Below are positions 48,071 to 57,304 of a stretch of DNA of 64,000 nucleotides, in pieces. The DNA is from Candidatus Latescibacterota bacterium (GTDB taxonomy: Bacteria; Latescibacterota; UBA2968; UBA8231). A program made the translations under genes and the position numbers. The DNA is taken from the NCBI GenBank assembly GCA_965261395.1, contig OZ253462.1, positions 3,328,001 through 3,392,000 on the forward strand, written 5' to 3'. The notes under the pieces were generated by a model. It had not been told where the DNA came from and searched no databases. It worked only from the letters and a program-made list of their open reading frames with translations. The first letter of the stretch is position 1. Every line of letters begins with the position of its first letter.

Positions 48071-48953
48071 ATGGGACATCATTATATTCCACAACATCAT
48101 TTGCGAGGATTCGCGATTTCACCTGAAAAATCTGAGGTATGGGTATATGATAAAAAACAACATGAACTTAAACTACTACCGATCAAAAATATTGCTCAGA
48201 GCTCTTATTTTTACCCCGATAAAGATGAGAAATTTCTTGCTCAAGACATTGAAAGTCCAGCTCAACCCATTTTAAAAAAAATACAAACGGATTCACATGA
48301 TATTTCTATCGAGGAGAAAGAATTGCTATCAGTATATATAGTCTCTATGATATTAAGGACTCCAAAATGGAGAGAATATTTAGAAAACAATATCATCCCT
48401 AATGGATATAGAGATTTTATATCAGATCCTGATAAAATAGCAAAAAAATTAGATATGACAGTTGAGCAAGTAAAATTTGAGGCTGAACAATATGAAAGAA
48501 ATGTCTTGAAATCAGATAGTAAGAAGTTTGCTCGTACTGAACAATTAGCAGTTATACGTTATAATGAAAAAATAGGTAAAAAATATCTCTCACGTATGAA
48601 TTGGGCTATAATACAATCAAATTCTTCGTATAAATTTCTTACCAGCGATAATCCAGTATTTACGTATAAAATATAGTACTCTACCGGCCTCGAACTCAGA
48701 AATTATTTTACCTTTAACTTCACTCTGCGCCCTACATATCAGTTCGTATAATTCTGATAATAACCGCAGTATAACTTATGTCAAAGGTAATAGTGAAGTG
48801 ATTAAACAAATAAATAATCAGACAGTTTGGAGGTCAGATCGATTCCTATTCTATTATGTGAAATTTCCTTGGATCAAAAAGTTAGTTGAAAATATGAGTG
48901 ATGAAAAGTTACGTCCAATAGTGTGGACACGACGAGGCCCGAAGCTCGGTTAG
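48071..48953 (+). pseudogene. DUF4238-domain protein with +1 frameshift
   Basis: HHYIPQ..LRGF and FLTSDNPV, stop at 48676; +1 frame continues EIILPLT..INNQT...RFLF to TAG 48953; very AT-rich. Confidence 0.8.
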
Positions 48954-49108
48954 AAACTGTATTATTGATCTCTGCATTTATAATGGAATGGCGTCTCATT
49001 CTTGCTTCGCCCCAGACTGTATTCCTTTAGCTATGCAGTCCTCAATAATATGCAACACCTGCTCTACGTTGCCGCGTAGCTTGGTGAGAGGCAAAAAAGG
49101 AACAGGCC

Positions 49109-49618
49109 ATGACAACCGCAGAACAAGCCCAAGTTCCACTTTGGCAGGACCGGATCGTCAAAGACCCGCTAATACTCGGCGGCAAACCGACAGTGAAAGG
49201 CACCCGACTCTCCGTTGAATTCATAACCAACGAACTCGAACATGGCCGCACCGAAGCTGATATCATCAGTGACTACTCGCCGCATCTCACTTCGGAAGAT
49301 ATCGAGGCATGTCGTCAGTACAAAGCTACCGGTGCCAAGCTGTCCTACACTACCTGGGCCATGCAGGACGCCTTGATGGATGGCAACATTACCGCAGAGG
49401 AATTTGAGGCTCTAAAAAAGGAACAAATCACCTGGGAGGAACTGCACACTCTGAAGGGCGGCGGCGTCACTTGGGCACAACTCGACGCGCTAAGAGAAGG
49501 CAAGATCACTTGGGCACAATTGGACGACCTGAGAGCTGGCAAGATCACCTGGGAAGAACTCGATGCCGCAATGGGCGGTAGATACAAGATGATCTGGGAA
49601 AACGGCGAAAGACCGTAA
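49109..49618 (+). CDS. DUF433 antitoxin-like protein with six 13-aa C-terminal repeats
   Basis: RIVKDP.ILGGKP.VKGTRLSV..I and Y.PHLT.EDI.A motifs, then repeated xITWxxLDxLxxG units. Confidence 0.85.
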   Translation: MTTAEQAQVPLWQDRIVKDPLILGGKPTVKGTRLSVEFITNELEHGRTEADIISDYSPHLTSEDIEACRQYKATGAKLSYTTWAMQDALMDGNITAEEFEALKKEQITWEELHTLKGGGVTWAQLDALREGKITWAQLDDLRAGKITWEELDAAMGGRYKMIWENGERP

Positions 49619-49622
49619 GATC

Positions 49623-49670
49623 GTGAGAATACTAGCCGACGAAAATATGTCGGCGCACGTCGTTGCATAA
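49623..49670 (+). pseudogene. Stub of a DUF5615 (VapC45-like PIN) toxin
   Basis: GTG-start MRILADENMSAHVVA-stop directly after DUF433, matching the M(R/K)xLxDEN N-terminus. Confidence 0.65.
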
Positions 49671-49697
49671 CACTACAACCCTAATCGAAAGCGCACT

Positions 49698-50447
49698 ATG
49701 CTCCACATCGAAAACCTCCACGTCTCCGTTGAAGACACCCCCATCCTGCGCGGTGTCAATCTGCAAGTGGAACCCGGCGAAATCCACGCCATTATGGGGC
49801 CCAACGGCTCAGGCAAAAGCACCCTCGCGCAAGTCCTCGCGGGCCGCGAGGGCTACGACATCACCGAAGGGTCGGCCACGTACTGCGGCCAAGACCTGCT
49901 CGAACTCGCGCCGGAAGAGCGGGCGTGTGCCGGGATGTTCCTCGCCTTTCAGTACCCGGTGGAAATCCCCGGCGTCAACTCCACGTACTTCCTCCGCCAA
50001 AGCTACAACGAAATCCGCAAGCATCGCGGCGAGGAGATGGTGGACGCCATCGATTTTCTCGGCCTGATCCGCGAAAAGCTCGCCTTGGTGGAAATGGACG
50101 AGAGCTTTCTCAAGCGGCCGGTCAACGAGGGCTTTTCCGGCGGCGAGAAAAAGCGCCACGAGATCTTGCAAATGGCCGTGTTGGAACCCAAGCTCTCGAT
50201 TCTCGACGAGACCGACTCCGGTCTCGACATCGACGCGCTGCGGATCGTCGCCCAAGGCGTCAATCAACTCCACGCCCCGGACAAAGCCGTCGTCGTCGTC
50301 ACGCACTACCAGCGCCTGCTCAACTACATAGTCCCCGACTTCGTCCACGTGCTCTACGAGGGACGCATCGCCCAGTCGGGCGGCAAGGAACTGGCGCTGA
50401 CGCTAGAGGAAAAGGGCTACGATTGGGTCAAGGAGCAAGCGGCATGA
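49698..50447 (+). CDS. sufC: Fe-S assembly ATPase SufC
   Basis: GPNGSGKST, FQYPVEIPGV, GFSGGEKKR, LDETDSGLD and VTHYQRLL motifs. Confidence 0.98.
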   Translation: MLHIENLHVSVEDTPILRGVNLQVEPGEIHAIMGPNGSGKSTLAQVLAGREGYDITEGSATYCGQDLLELAPEERACAGMFLAFQYPVEIPGVNSTYFLRQSYNEIRKHRGEEMVDAIDFLGLIREKLALVEMDESFLKRPVNEGFSGGEKKRHEILQMAVLEPKLSILDETDSGLDIDALRIVAQGVNQLHAPDKAVVVVTHYQRLLNYIVPDFVHVLYEGRIAQSGGKELALTLEEKGYDWVKEQAA

Positions 50448-51736
50448 ACGGCGTCGCCTACTATCAGTCCTGCTTTAACGACCTCGTCGGCACCGGCGCG
50501 CTGCTGTCGCTGCGTCAAAAGTCTATTGAGCACTTCGCCGCTGCTGGCTTTCCGACGACCAAAGACGAGGAATGGGCTTTTACGAACATTGCCCCGCTAA
50601 CTCGGATCAACTTTGCGCTAGCCGATTCCACGACGGCACCTGTCGTTCTCGACGACTACCGCTACGGCCTCAACGGGCTGGTCTTTGTCGATGGCCACTT
50701 TGCCCTCGCGCATTCTCATCTCAACGGCCTATCCGCCGGTGTGCGCGTCGAGCGTTTGAGCGAAGCCATTGCCTCAAACGGCGACCTAGTCTCGGGGTCC
50801 CTAGGCCAGGCCGCTACCACTGAGGACGAGGCCTTTACCGCGCTCAACACCGCCTTCTTGCAAGACGGTGCGGTCGTCTATCTGCCTCGGGGAGCTGTCG
50901 TCGAGCAGCCCATCCACTTGCTGTTTGTATCTACCGGCCAACGTGCCAACGTCGTTTCCCATCCGCGCGTCCTCGTGGTCGCCGAAGCCAACACCCAGGC
51001 GACCCTAGTCGAAAGCTACGTCGGTCTAGGGTCAGAACCGTATCTGACCAACAGCGTCAGCGAATTCTTCGTCGGCCCCAACGCCGTGCTCGACCACTAC
51101 CGGGTCCAGCGCGAGTCCGCCGCCGCCTTCCACATCGCAGCGACCCACGTCCGCGAAGAACGCGCCGCCCAATTCCGCTCGACCGCCATCACCTTGGGAG
51201 GACGCCTGACCCGCCACCACGTCCACACCTCCTTAGTAGGAGAAGGCGTTGACTCCACCCTCAACGGCCTCTACATCGAGGACGGAGCGCAACACGTCGA
51301 TAACCACACGCTCATCGAACACGTCGAGCCTCACTGCCAAAGCCACGAGTTCTACAAGGGCATTCTCGGGGGGCGGTCCACCGGCGTCTTCCGCGGCAAA
51401 ATCCACGTGCACCAAGCCGCGCAAAAAACCGACGCCTACCAAGCCAACCAAAACCTCCTGCTGTCGGAGACGGCCCAAATCAACACCAAGCCCCAGCTCG
51501 AAATCTACGCCGACGACGTCAAGTGTTCGCACGGAGCCACCATCGGCCAGCTCGACGAAGACGCCCTCTTCTACTTGCGTTCCCGTGGCATCGGCCACCG
51601 CGAGGCCGTCCAAGTGCTGACGCGAGCCTTTGCCGGCGAAGTCCTCGACCGCGTGCGCGTTCCCGCCCTCAAAAACCAACTCGACCAACTAGTAGATCGT
51701 CGGCTGGACCAAGCCGCCGCCGGAGTTGCCCCGTGA
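50444..51736 (+). CDS. sufD: Fe-S assembly protein SufD
   Basis: PT.K.EEW.FT, AQKTDA.Q and KPQLEIYADDVKCSHGAT.G motifs; ATGA overlap with sufC. Confidence 0.96.
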   Translation: MNGVAYYQSCFNDLVGTGALLSLRQKSIEHFAAAGFPTTKDEEWAFTNIAPLTRINFALADSTTAPVVLDDYRYGLNGLVFVDGHFALAHSHLNGLSAGVRVERLSEAIASNGDLVSGSLGQAATTEDEAFTALNTAFLQDGAVVYLPRGAVVEQPIHLLFVSTGQRANVVSHPRVLVVAEANTQATLVESYVGLGSEPYLTNSVSEFFVGPNAVLDHYRVQRESAAAFHIAATHVREERAAQFRSTAITLGGRLTRHHVHTSLVGEGVDSTLNGLYIEDGAQHVDNHTLIEHVEPHCQSHEFYKGILGGRSTGVFRGKIHVHQAAQKTDAYQANQNLLLSETAQINTKPQLEIYADDVKCSHGATIGQLDEDALFYLRSRGIGHREAVQVLTRAFAGEVLDRVRVPALKNQLDQLVDRRLDQAAAGVAP

Positions 51737-52962
51737 CCGTCCCCCTCGACGTAGCCAAAATCCGCCGCGATTTCCCCATACTCGGCGAGAAAATTCGCGG
51801 CAAGGATCTCGTCTATTTCGACAACGGCGCGACCACCCAAAAGCCGCTGACGGTCATCTACGCGCTCCAGCGCTACTACGCTCGCGAAAACTCCAACATC
51901 CATCGCGGCGTACACTTCCTCAGCCAACAGGCGACCTTTGCCTACGAGCGTGCGCGCGGCCGGGTCGGCCAGTTTATCAACGCCCGCGAGAGCAGCGAGG
52001 TCGTCTTCGTGCGCGGCACCACCGAGGCGCTCAATCTCGTCGCTCACAGCTACGGTCGATCGCAGCTAGGCCCCGATGACGAGATCATCGTCTCGCAGCT
52101 AGAGCACCACTCCAACATCGTGCCGTGGCAAATGCTGTGCGAGGAAAAGGGCGCGCGCCTGCGGGTAGTGCCCATCAGCGATGCGGGCGAGTTCCTCTTC
52201 GACGAATACGAGCGCCTGCTGTCCGAGCGCACCCGTATCGTGGCCGTTGCCCACGCTTCCAACGCCCTCGGCACCATCCTGCCGGTAAAGGAAATCGTTG
52301 CCTTGGCCCATCAGCACGGCGCAGTCGTCGTCGTCGATGGAGCACAAGGAGTGCCTCACCTGCCAGTGGACGTGCAGGACCTCGACTGCGACTTCTACGC
52401 CTTTTCCGGGCACAAGCTCTTCGGCCCCACTGGCATCGGCGTGCTCTATGGCAAGCAGGCTCTTTTAAACGCCATGCCGCCCTATGAAGGCGGCGGCTCC
52501 ATGATAGAAAAGGTCAGCTTTGCCGGCACCACGTATGCCGCCCCGCCGGCTCGCTTTGAGGCCGGCACGCCGCACATCGCCGGCGGCATGGGCTTGGAGG
52601 CAGCCATTGATTACGTCAACTCCGTGGGCCGGGAGCAGATCGCCGCGTACGAGGCCGACTTGCTCGCGTACGCAGACGCCGCTCTCGCCGCCATTCCGGG
52701 CCTGCGCCTGATTGGCACAGCCCGCGAGCGCGTGGCCGTCCTCTCCTTCACGCTCGGCGACATCCACCCGCACGACATCGGCACCGTCCTCGACGCCGAG
52801 GGCATTGCCGTGCGCGCTGGCCATCACTGCGCCCAGCCGACCATGCAATTTTACCAAGTGCCAGCTACGGTGCGCGCCTCGTTGGCTTTTTACAACACGC
52901 ACGCGGAAATTGATGCCCTAGTTGCGGCGTTGCACAAGGTCAAGAAGGTGTTTGGAGGGTGA
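51733..52962 (+). CDS. sufS: Cysteine desulfurase SufS
   Basis: YFDNGATTQKP, EHHSNIVPW, SGHK and RAGHHCAQP motifs. Confidence 0.97.
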   Translation: MTVPLDVAKIRRDFPILGEKIRGKDLVYFDNGATTQKPLTVIYALQRYYARENSNIHRGVHFLSQQATFAYERARGRVGQFINARESSEVVFVRGTTEALNLVAHSYGRSQLGPDDEIIVSQLEHHSNIVPWQMLCEEKGARLRVVPISDAGEFLFDEYERLLSERTRIVAVAHASNALGTILPVKEIVALAHQHGAVVVVDGAQGVPHLPVDVQDLDCDFYAFSGHKLFGPTGIGVLYGKQALLNAMPPYEGGGSMIEKVSFAGTTYAAPPARFEAGTPHIAGGMGLEAAIDYVNSVGREQIAAYEADLLAYADAALAAIPGLRLIGTARERVAVLSFTLGDIHPHDIGTVLDAEGIAVRAGHHCAQPTMQFYQVPATVRASLAFYNTHAEIDALVAALHKVKKVFGG

Positions 52963-53006
52963 GACGTGGGTAGTGGCTTATACGATATTAACGAGGTATT
53001 TCGACT

Positions 53007-53459
53007 ATGACTGAGCTTCGCGATCTGTACCAGCAGATCATCCTCGATCACAACAAAAATCCGCGCAACTTCGGCAAGCTGCCGGAGGCCAATCGCACGC
53101 AAGAGGGTTACAATCCCCTGTGCGGCGATCACCTACACATCTATCTCCACATGGCCGACGAGCGGATTGCCGACATTAGCTTTGAGGGATCGGGTTGCGC
53201 CATTTCCAAAGCCTCGGCTTCGCTGATGACCGCCGCCCTCAAGGGCAAGCGTCCCGCCGAGGCGGTCGAGCTATTTGAGCAGTTCCAGCAGATGGTGACC
53301 GCGGACCCGGACGCGCCCGTCGATCACCAAACCTTGGGCAAGATGGCCGTCTTCGCTGGGGTGCGCGAGTTTCCCATGCGCGTCAAGTGCGCGACCCTCG
53401 CTTGGCACGCCGCCAAAGCGGCCATAGAACAAAACCCGTCTCCCGCATCCACCGAATAG
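53007..53459 (+). CDS. sufU: SufU scaffold/sulfur-transfer protein
   Basis: LY...ILDH..NPRN, NPLCGD, GCAISKAS and RVKCATLAWH motifs. Confidence 0.95.
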   Translation: MTELRDLYQQIILDHNKNPRNFGKLPEANRTQEGYNPLCGDHLHIYLHMADERIADISFEGSGCAISKASASLMTAALKGKRPAEAVELFEQFQQMVTADPDAPVDHQTLGKMAVFAGVREFPMRVKCATLAWHAAKAAIEQNPSPASTE

Positions 53460-53487
53460 AAACGCGCCATCTAAAAAGGAGTCCTCC

Positions 53488-53826
53488 ATGGAACTGTTGC
53501 ACGAAAAAACCTTTCCCTCCGACTCTACCGAGGCCAAAGTGGTGGCCGTGCTCAAGACCTGCTACGACCCCGAGATTCCGGTCGATATCTTTGCCCTCGG
53601 CCTGATTTACGAAATTGAGGTCAGCGACTCGCAGGACGTCCACGTGACCATGACCTTAACCTCGCCCGCCTGTCCGGTAGCCGGCACGCTGCCGCCGGAA
53701 ATCGAGCACAAAATCAAGGCCCATGTCCCGGGTATCGCCACCTCCTTGGTCGAGGTCGTGTGGGATCCGCCGTGGACGATAGACATGATGACCGAAGGGG
53801 CCAAACTTGAACTAGGCATGATGTAG
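53488..53826 (+). CDS. sufT: SufT/DUF59 Fe-S assembly protein
   Basis: YDPEIPV.I..LGLIY, MTLTSPACP and WDPPW motifs. Confidence 0.9.
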   Translation: MELLHEKTFPSDSTEAKVVAVLKTCYDPEIPVDIFALGLIYEIEVSDSQDVHVTMTLTSPACPVAGTLPPEIEHKIKAHVPGIATSLVEVVWDPPWTIDMMTEGAKLELGMM

Positions 53827-53831
53827 AGAAG

Positions 53832-53900
53832 CAGTGGTTAGTGATCAGTGGCCGGTAGCCAGTCCCTTCCCTAACCGGGGCCACTGGCTACTGATCTCTG
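53832..53900. repeat. Imperfect heptamer tandem/inverted repeat
   Basis: CAGTGGT TAGTGAT CAGTGGC CGGTAGC CAGT... followed by complementary GCCACTG GCTACTG ATCTCTG. Confidence 0.55.
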
Positions 53901-53918
53901 CTCAGTGGAGAGATTCTT

Positions 53919-54377
53919 ATGAAACTCAGCTCGAGCGAAGAATACGGCTTGCGCTGCCTGTTGCAACTGGCCCGCCAGACCCCCGGCAGCCTGACCATCC
54001 CGGAAATCAGCCAAGCCGAGGGGATCACCCATCACAACGTCGCCAAGCTCTTGCGCATTCTCCGGCAGGGCGGCTTGGTAGAAAGCGCCCGCGGCCAACA
54101 AGGCGGCTACGCCCTTGCCAAGCCCCCCCACCAAATTGCCGTGGCCGACGCGCTCGCCACGCTGGGTGGTCGCCTCTTCGACGACGATTTCTGCGACCAC
54201 TTCGCCGGCAGCGCTGATTGCTGCACGCACTCGCTCACTGCGTGTTCGGTGCGCGCGCTGTGGGGGCAAGTGCAGCAGGCCGTTGATCAAATCTTATCGC
54301 GCACAACCCTCGCCGACCTGCTCGAACAGGGCTACGCCCTCGCCGACGAAGAGGCCCTGCTCGATATATCGGCTTAG
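53919..54377 (+). CDS. Rrf2-family regulator with Fe-S cysteines
   Basis: EYGLRCL..LA, S.RG..GGY.L and C.....CC....C..R.LW motifs. Confidence 0.93.
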   Translation: MKLSSSEEYGLRCLLQLARQTPGSLTIPEISQAEGITHHNVAKLLRILRQGGLVESARGQQGGYALAKPPHQIAVADALATLGGRLFDDDFCDHFAGSADCCTHSLTACSVRALWGQVQQAVDQILSRTTLADLLEQGYALADEEALLDISA

Positions 54378-54391
54378 AGGGTGTCGTGCAG

Positions 54392-54649
54392 TTAGTAGTG
54401 ATACCGACAAGACAAGATAAAAAGGGTGTCTGACTCTATGCGGTAAACGAGACGATGTTCTCGAGTAATTCGACGGGACCAACATCCCTGAAAATCATGT
54501 TTCAGAACTTCGGGTTTGCCAAGCCCTGTAAACGGGTTGCGCTGGGTATCTCGAATGAGTTCGTTGATTTTCTTGAAGGTGCTTTTGCTAGTCTGATACC
54601 AGTAGAGATAATCCTGCCAAGCGTCTGCATGGAAGCTAATGTGTCTCAT
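54392..54649 (-). CDS. yoeB: Txe/YoeB family toxin
   Basis: AW.DY.YW, PF.G.GKPE.LK, WSRRI..EHRLVY and CRYHY motifs. Confidence 0.95.
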   Translation of the reverse strand: MRHISFHADAWQDYLYWYQTSKSTFKKINELIRDTQRNPFTGLGKPEVLKHDFQGCWSRRITREHRLVYRIESDTLFILSCRYHY

Positions 54650-54900
54650 TCCTCGATTAAGTCTCGGGAAGCAAAATTGCGCTGGCCGTGCTGGAAATCC
54701 TCTAGTGCCTTCTGGAGGTGAGCCGCGTTTTTTGGTGAAGAGAGCAGGTAATCTGTCTCGTCCACGCTGCGTTCCTCTTCTTCTTGTAACTTTTTTACAG
54801 CACGATCAATCAAGCTGCATATATCTTCCCCGGTACTTTGCGAAAGCTCCTCTAGTACCGTCTTCTGCTCAGGAGTAAATTCAAATGGAGAAGTGCTCAT
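54646..54900 (-). CDS. Antitoxin with YefM-like C-terminus
   Basis: ETDYLLSSPKNAAHL; coupled to yoeB; RBS AAGGAGG. Confidence 0.85.
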   Translation of the reverse strand: MSTSPFEFTPEQKTVLEELSQSTGEDICSLIDRAVKKLQEEEERSVDETDYLLSSPKNAAHLQKALEDFQHGQRNFASRDLIEE

Positions 54901-55100
54901 GGTGACCTCCTTCAATTCTCCGCTTCGCGGTCAAAGGGCAGACACAGACCTCTTCAAGAGGTTCGGCGACCATGCCCATTCCTTGCTCTCACAAGCTAAT
55001 AAACACGGCCCTTTAAGCAACACCACGCGGTTGGCTTGGCTAACCAATTTCTGCGTACAAGGGGCGGTACCCGGAATAATGCACAAGCGTTCTACTCATC

Positions 55101-55943
55101 TCACCCCCGAAACGGATTCTCCTCCTCCTCGGCTCGGTGCCGATAGAGCGGCTTGACCGCCTCTGGCAGAGCCTCGTAGGCCGCCCTCGGCACAATCGCA
55201 TTGTTGCGCCCGCCAAATTCCACGCTCAACCACCACGGACAATAGCGCGTGATAATCGCCACCCTCGGCTCCGGGCTGGGGTTTGCCGCAGTCGAATGCC
55301 AGATCCGGCTGTCCATCACCAGTGCGCTGCCCTCCGGGCCGACGACCTGGATCTCCCCGCGAATCGGCTTGAACTGGTCCATCCGCTCTTCCAGCCCTTC
55401 GGGCGTCTGGTGCATCCGCGGATTGAGCGGGTCGCGGTGACTGCGCGGCACCACCCACGTCCCGCCGGTCTCTGGACCAAACGGCGACAGCATCCACAGC
55501 ACCGATAGCTGCATGGTCGCGTCCGGGAAGGGCTGAGCCACCCGGCCGGCGAAGTCCCCGTCGGTCAGATCGTGCGGCCAATCCGAGTGAAAGCCGCGCC
55601 AGTCCAAGTCCTCGCGGTTGGGCACTTGCGTCTTAAACTCAGTTTGCGCGATCCGCACGTGTCCCCCAAAAACAGCCCGCGCCACCCCCAACAAACGCTC
55701 GTCGCCCAGATACGGGGCAAACTCCGGCAAATACGCGATCAGGCAAACGCCCGGCTCGCCGTTGGGGCCGGTCTGCCGCCCAATGTGCCCGCCCATGGCC
55801 TCGTAGTCCTGCAGCGCCTTTTCGTGCGCTTCTTGCACGTGCGCTCGTACTCGGTCGATGGCGTCCTCTGGAATAATCCGCTCCAAGACGCACCAACCCT
55901 CGCGGCGCAGTTGATCCACTTTCTCGTCTATACCAGCGTCCAT
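55101..55943 (-). CDS. Phytanoyl-CoA dioxygenase (PhyH) family
   Basis: H.D (FHSDW), GGT.VVP.SH and D.R.WH...N motifs. Confidence 0.9.
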   Translation of the reverse strand: MDAGIDEKVDQLRREGWCVLERIIPEDAIDRVRAHVQEAHEKALQDYEAMGGHIGRQTGPNGEPGVCLIAYLPEFAPYLGDERLLGVARAVFGGHVRIAQTEFKTQVPNREDLDWRGFHSDWPHDLTDGDFAGRVAQPFPDATMQLSVLWMLSPFGPETGGTWVVPRSHRDPLNPRMHQTPEGLEERMDQFKPIRGEIQVVGPEGSALVMDSRIWHSTAANPSPEPRVAIITRYCPWWLSVEFGGRNNAIVPRAAYEALPEAVKPLYRHRAEEEENPFRG

Positions 55944-56034
55944 AAGACCTCCTTTTCTCGGTTGCCCAAGCAATTGCGTACTGCTATACTAGACCCACTT
56001 GCCAACGCACCCCACCCTTTTTCCGGACCTTCCC

Positions 56035-57303
56035 ATGCACATCACCGACATCGAAGTTCACGCTATCTGCCCGTCGTATTGCGACTTCAACGCCCTGCCG
56101 TTGGCCCGCTACCACGGCGCGCGCATCCAACGCCGCGCCATCCTCGTCGTCCACACGGACAACGGCCTAGAGGGCCTCGGCGAGAACATCGGCGACGCGC
56201 CAGACGGCGACGCCTTGCGCGCAAGATACATCGGCACCTCGCCCTTTGACTGGATCAACGCCGAGCAGGATCTCGGCATGAACATGGCCTGCTACGACCT
56301 AATGGGCAAACACCTCGGCATCCCGGCGTGGAAGCTGATCGGCCCCAAGGTCCGCTCGTGGATTCCGGTCGCCGCTTGGACCGTGGCGCAGGCCCCGGAC
56401 GCCATGGCCGAAGAAGTGCGCCAAGCTGCCGCTCGCGGCTATCACTGGATCAAGTACCACGTCGATGAAATGCAGGACGTCATCGCCCAAACCGAGGCCA
56501 TGCAGGAGGCGGCCCCGCCCTATTTCAAGATCCACTACGACTTCAACGCCAACAGTAACTACTACACCATGCGCACCATTCTCGCCGAGCTGGTCAAGTT
56601 CCGGGTCGCCGGCCGCTTTGAAGACGTAGTCCAAGGCACGGACGAAGATGCCTACCGCATGTTGCGCGAACAGTGCCCGCTGCCCATCATCGGCCACCAC
56701 GTCCCGCCCGAAGCCATGACCAAGCGCTACGTCGATGGGACCATGGCTGGGCACGCTCCCATCGGCAGTGCGGTCAAAGCCGCCGCCATTGCCGAGCGGC
56801 TCAACATGCCCCTCATGTACCAACAGACCGGTGGCACCATCAACCAAGCCTTCTTAGCCCACGAAGTCGCGGTGTTCAAAATGGCCACCATCGACCACGT
56901 CAATTGCTGCCACCTGTGGCGGGAGGACGTCGTCAAAGACCCCATGCCTGTAATCGACGGCAGCGTCGCCGTGCCCGCAGGGGCGGGTCTAGGGATCGAA
57001 CTCGATCGCGCACAATTGGAAAAATTGGCCGGTGCGGCCCCGGTCGATAAAGGCCGCTTCTTGATCCGCATCCGCTCCGCAGGTGGTCTCACTGCGTATG
57101 TGCGCCACGACCCCGATCCGAACGGCTCTACCGACAATCTGCGCTTCCAAGACCGCCTGCACAGGCAAGGCATCCCCGGGCGGCCCCCTTCGTACGCCAA
57201 CCCGCTCACCACCGAATTCTGGGACGCAGAAAAAGACCCCGAACACTTCGAGGAGCTGTGGCGGGTTACAGCCGACGGCCCTTTATGGAAAAAGGAATAT
57301 TAG
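56035..57303 (+). CDS. Mandelate racemase/muconate lactonising enzyme family protein
   Basis: TDNG.EGLGE, A.YDL.GK.LG.P.WKL.G, KYH, DFN, FED and P.G.GLG.E motifs. Confidence 0.85.
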   Translation: MHITDIEVHAICPSYCDFNALPLARYHGARIQRRAILVVHTDNGLEGLGENIGDAPDGDALRARYIGTSPFDWINAEQDLGMNMACYDLMGKHLGIPAWKLIGPKVRSWIPVAAWTVAQAPDAMAEEVRQAAARGYHWIKYHVDEMQDVIAQTEAMQEAAPPYFKIHYDFNANSNYYTMRTILAELVKFRVAGRFEDVVQGTDEDAYRMLREQCPLPIIGHHVPPEAMTKRYVDGTMAGHAPIGSAVKAAAIAERLNMPLMYQQTGGTINQAFLAHEVAVFKMATIDHVNCCHLWREDVVKDPMPVIDGSVAVPAGAGLGIELDRAQLEKLAGAAPVDKGRFLIRIRSAGGLTAYVRHDPDPNGSTDNLRFQDRLHRQGIPGRPPSYANPLTTEFWDAEKDPEHFEELWRVTADGPLWKKEY

Positions 57304-57304
57304 G

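Noticed and set aside
49346-49579. 39-bp periodic repeats as a possible CRISPR array
   Set aside because: The units are contiguous, in-frame and degenerate at codon level, with no unique spacers and no cas genes.
47526-54381. ATCRGCTTAGAGGG at the ends of both sufB (47526) and the Rrf2 gene (54368), each next to accessory DNA
   Set aside because: Only 13 of 14 bp match, the copies do not bracket a single insert, and chance cannot be excluded.
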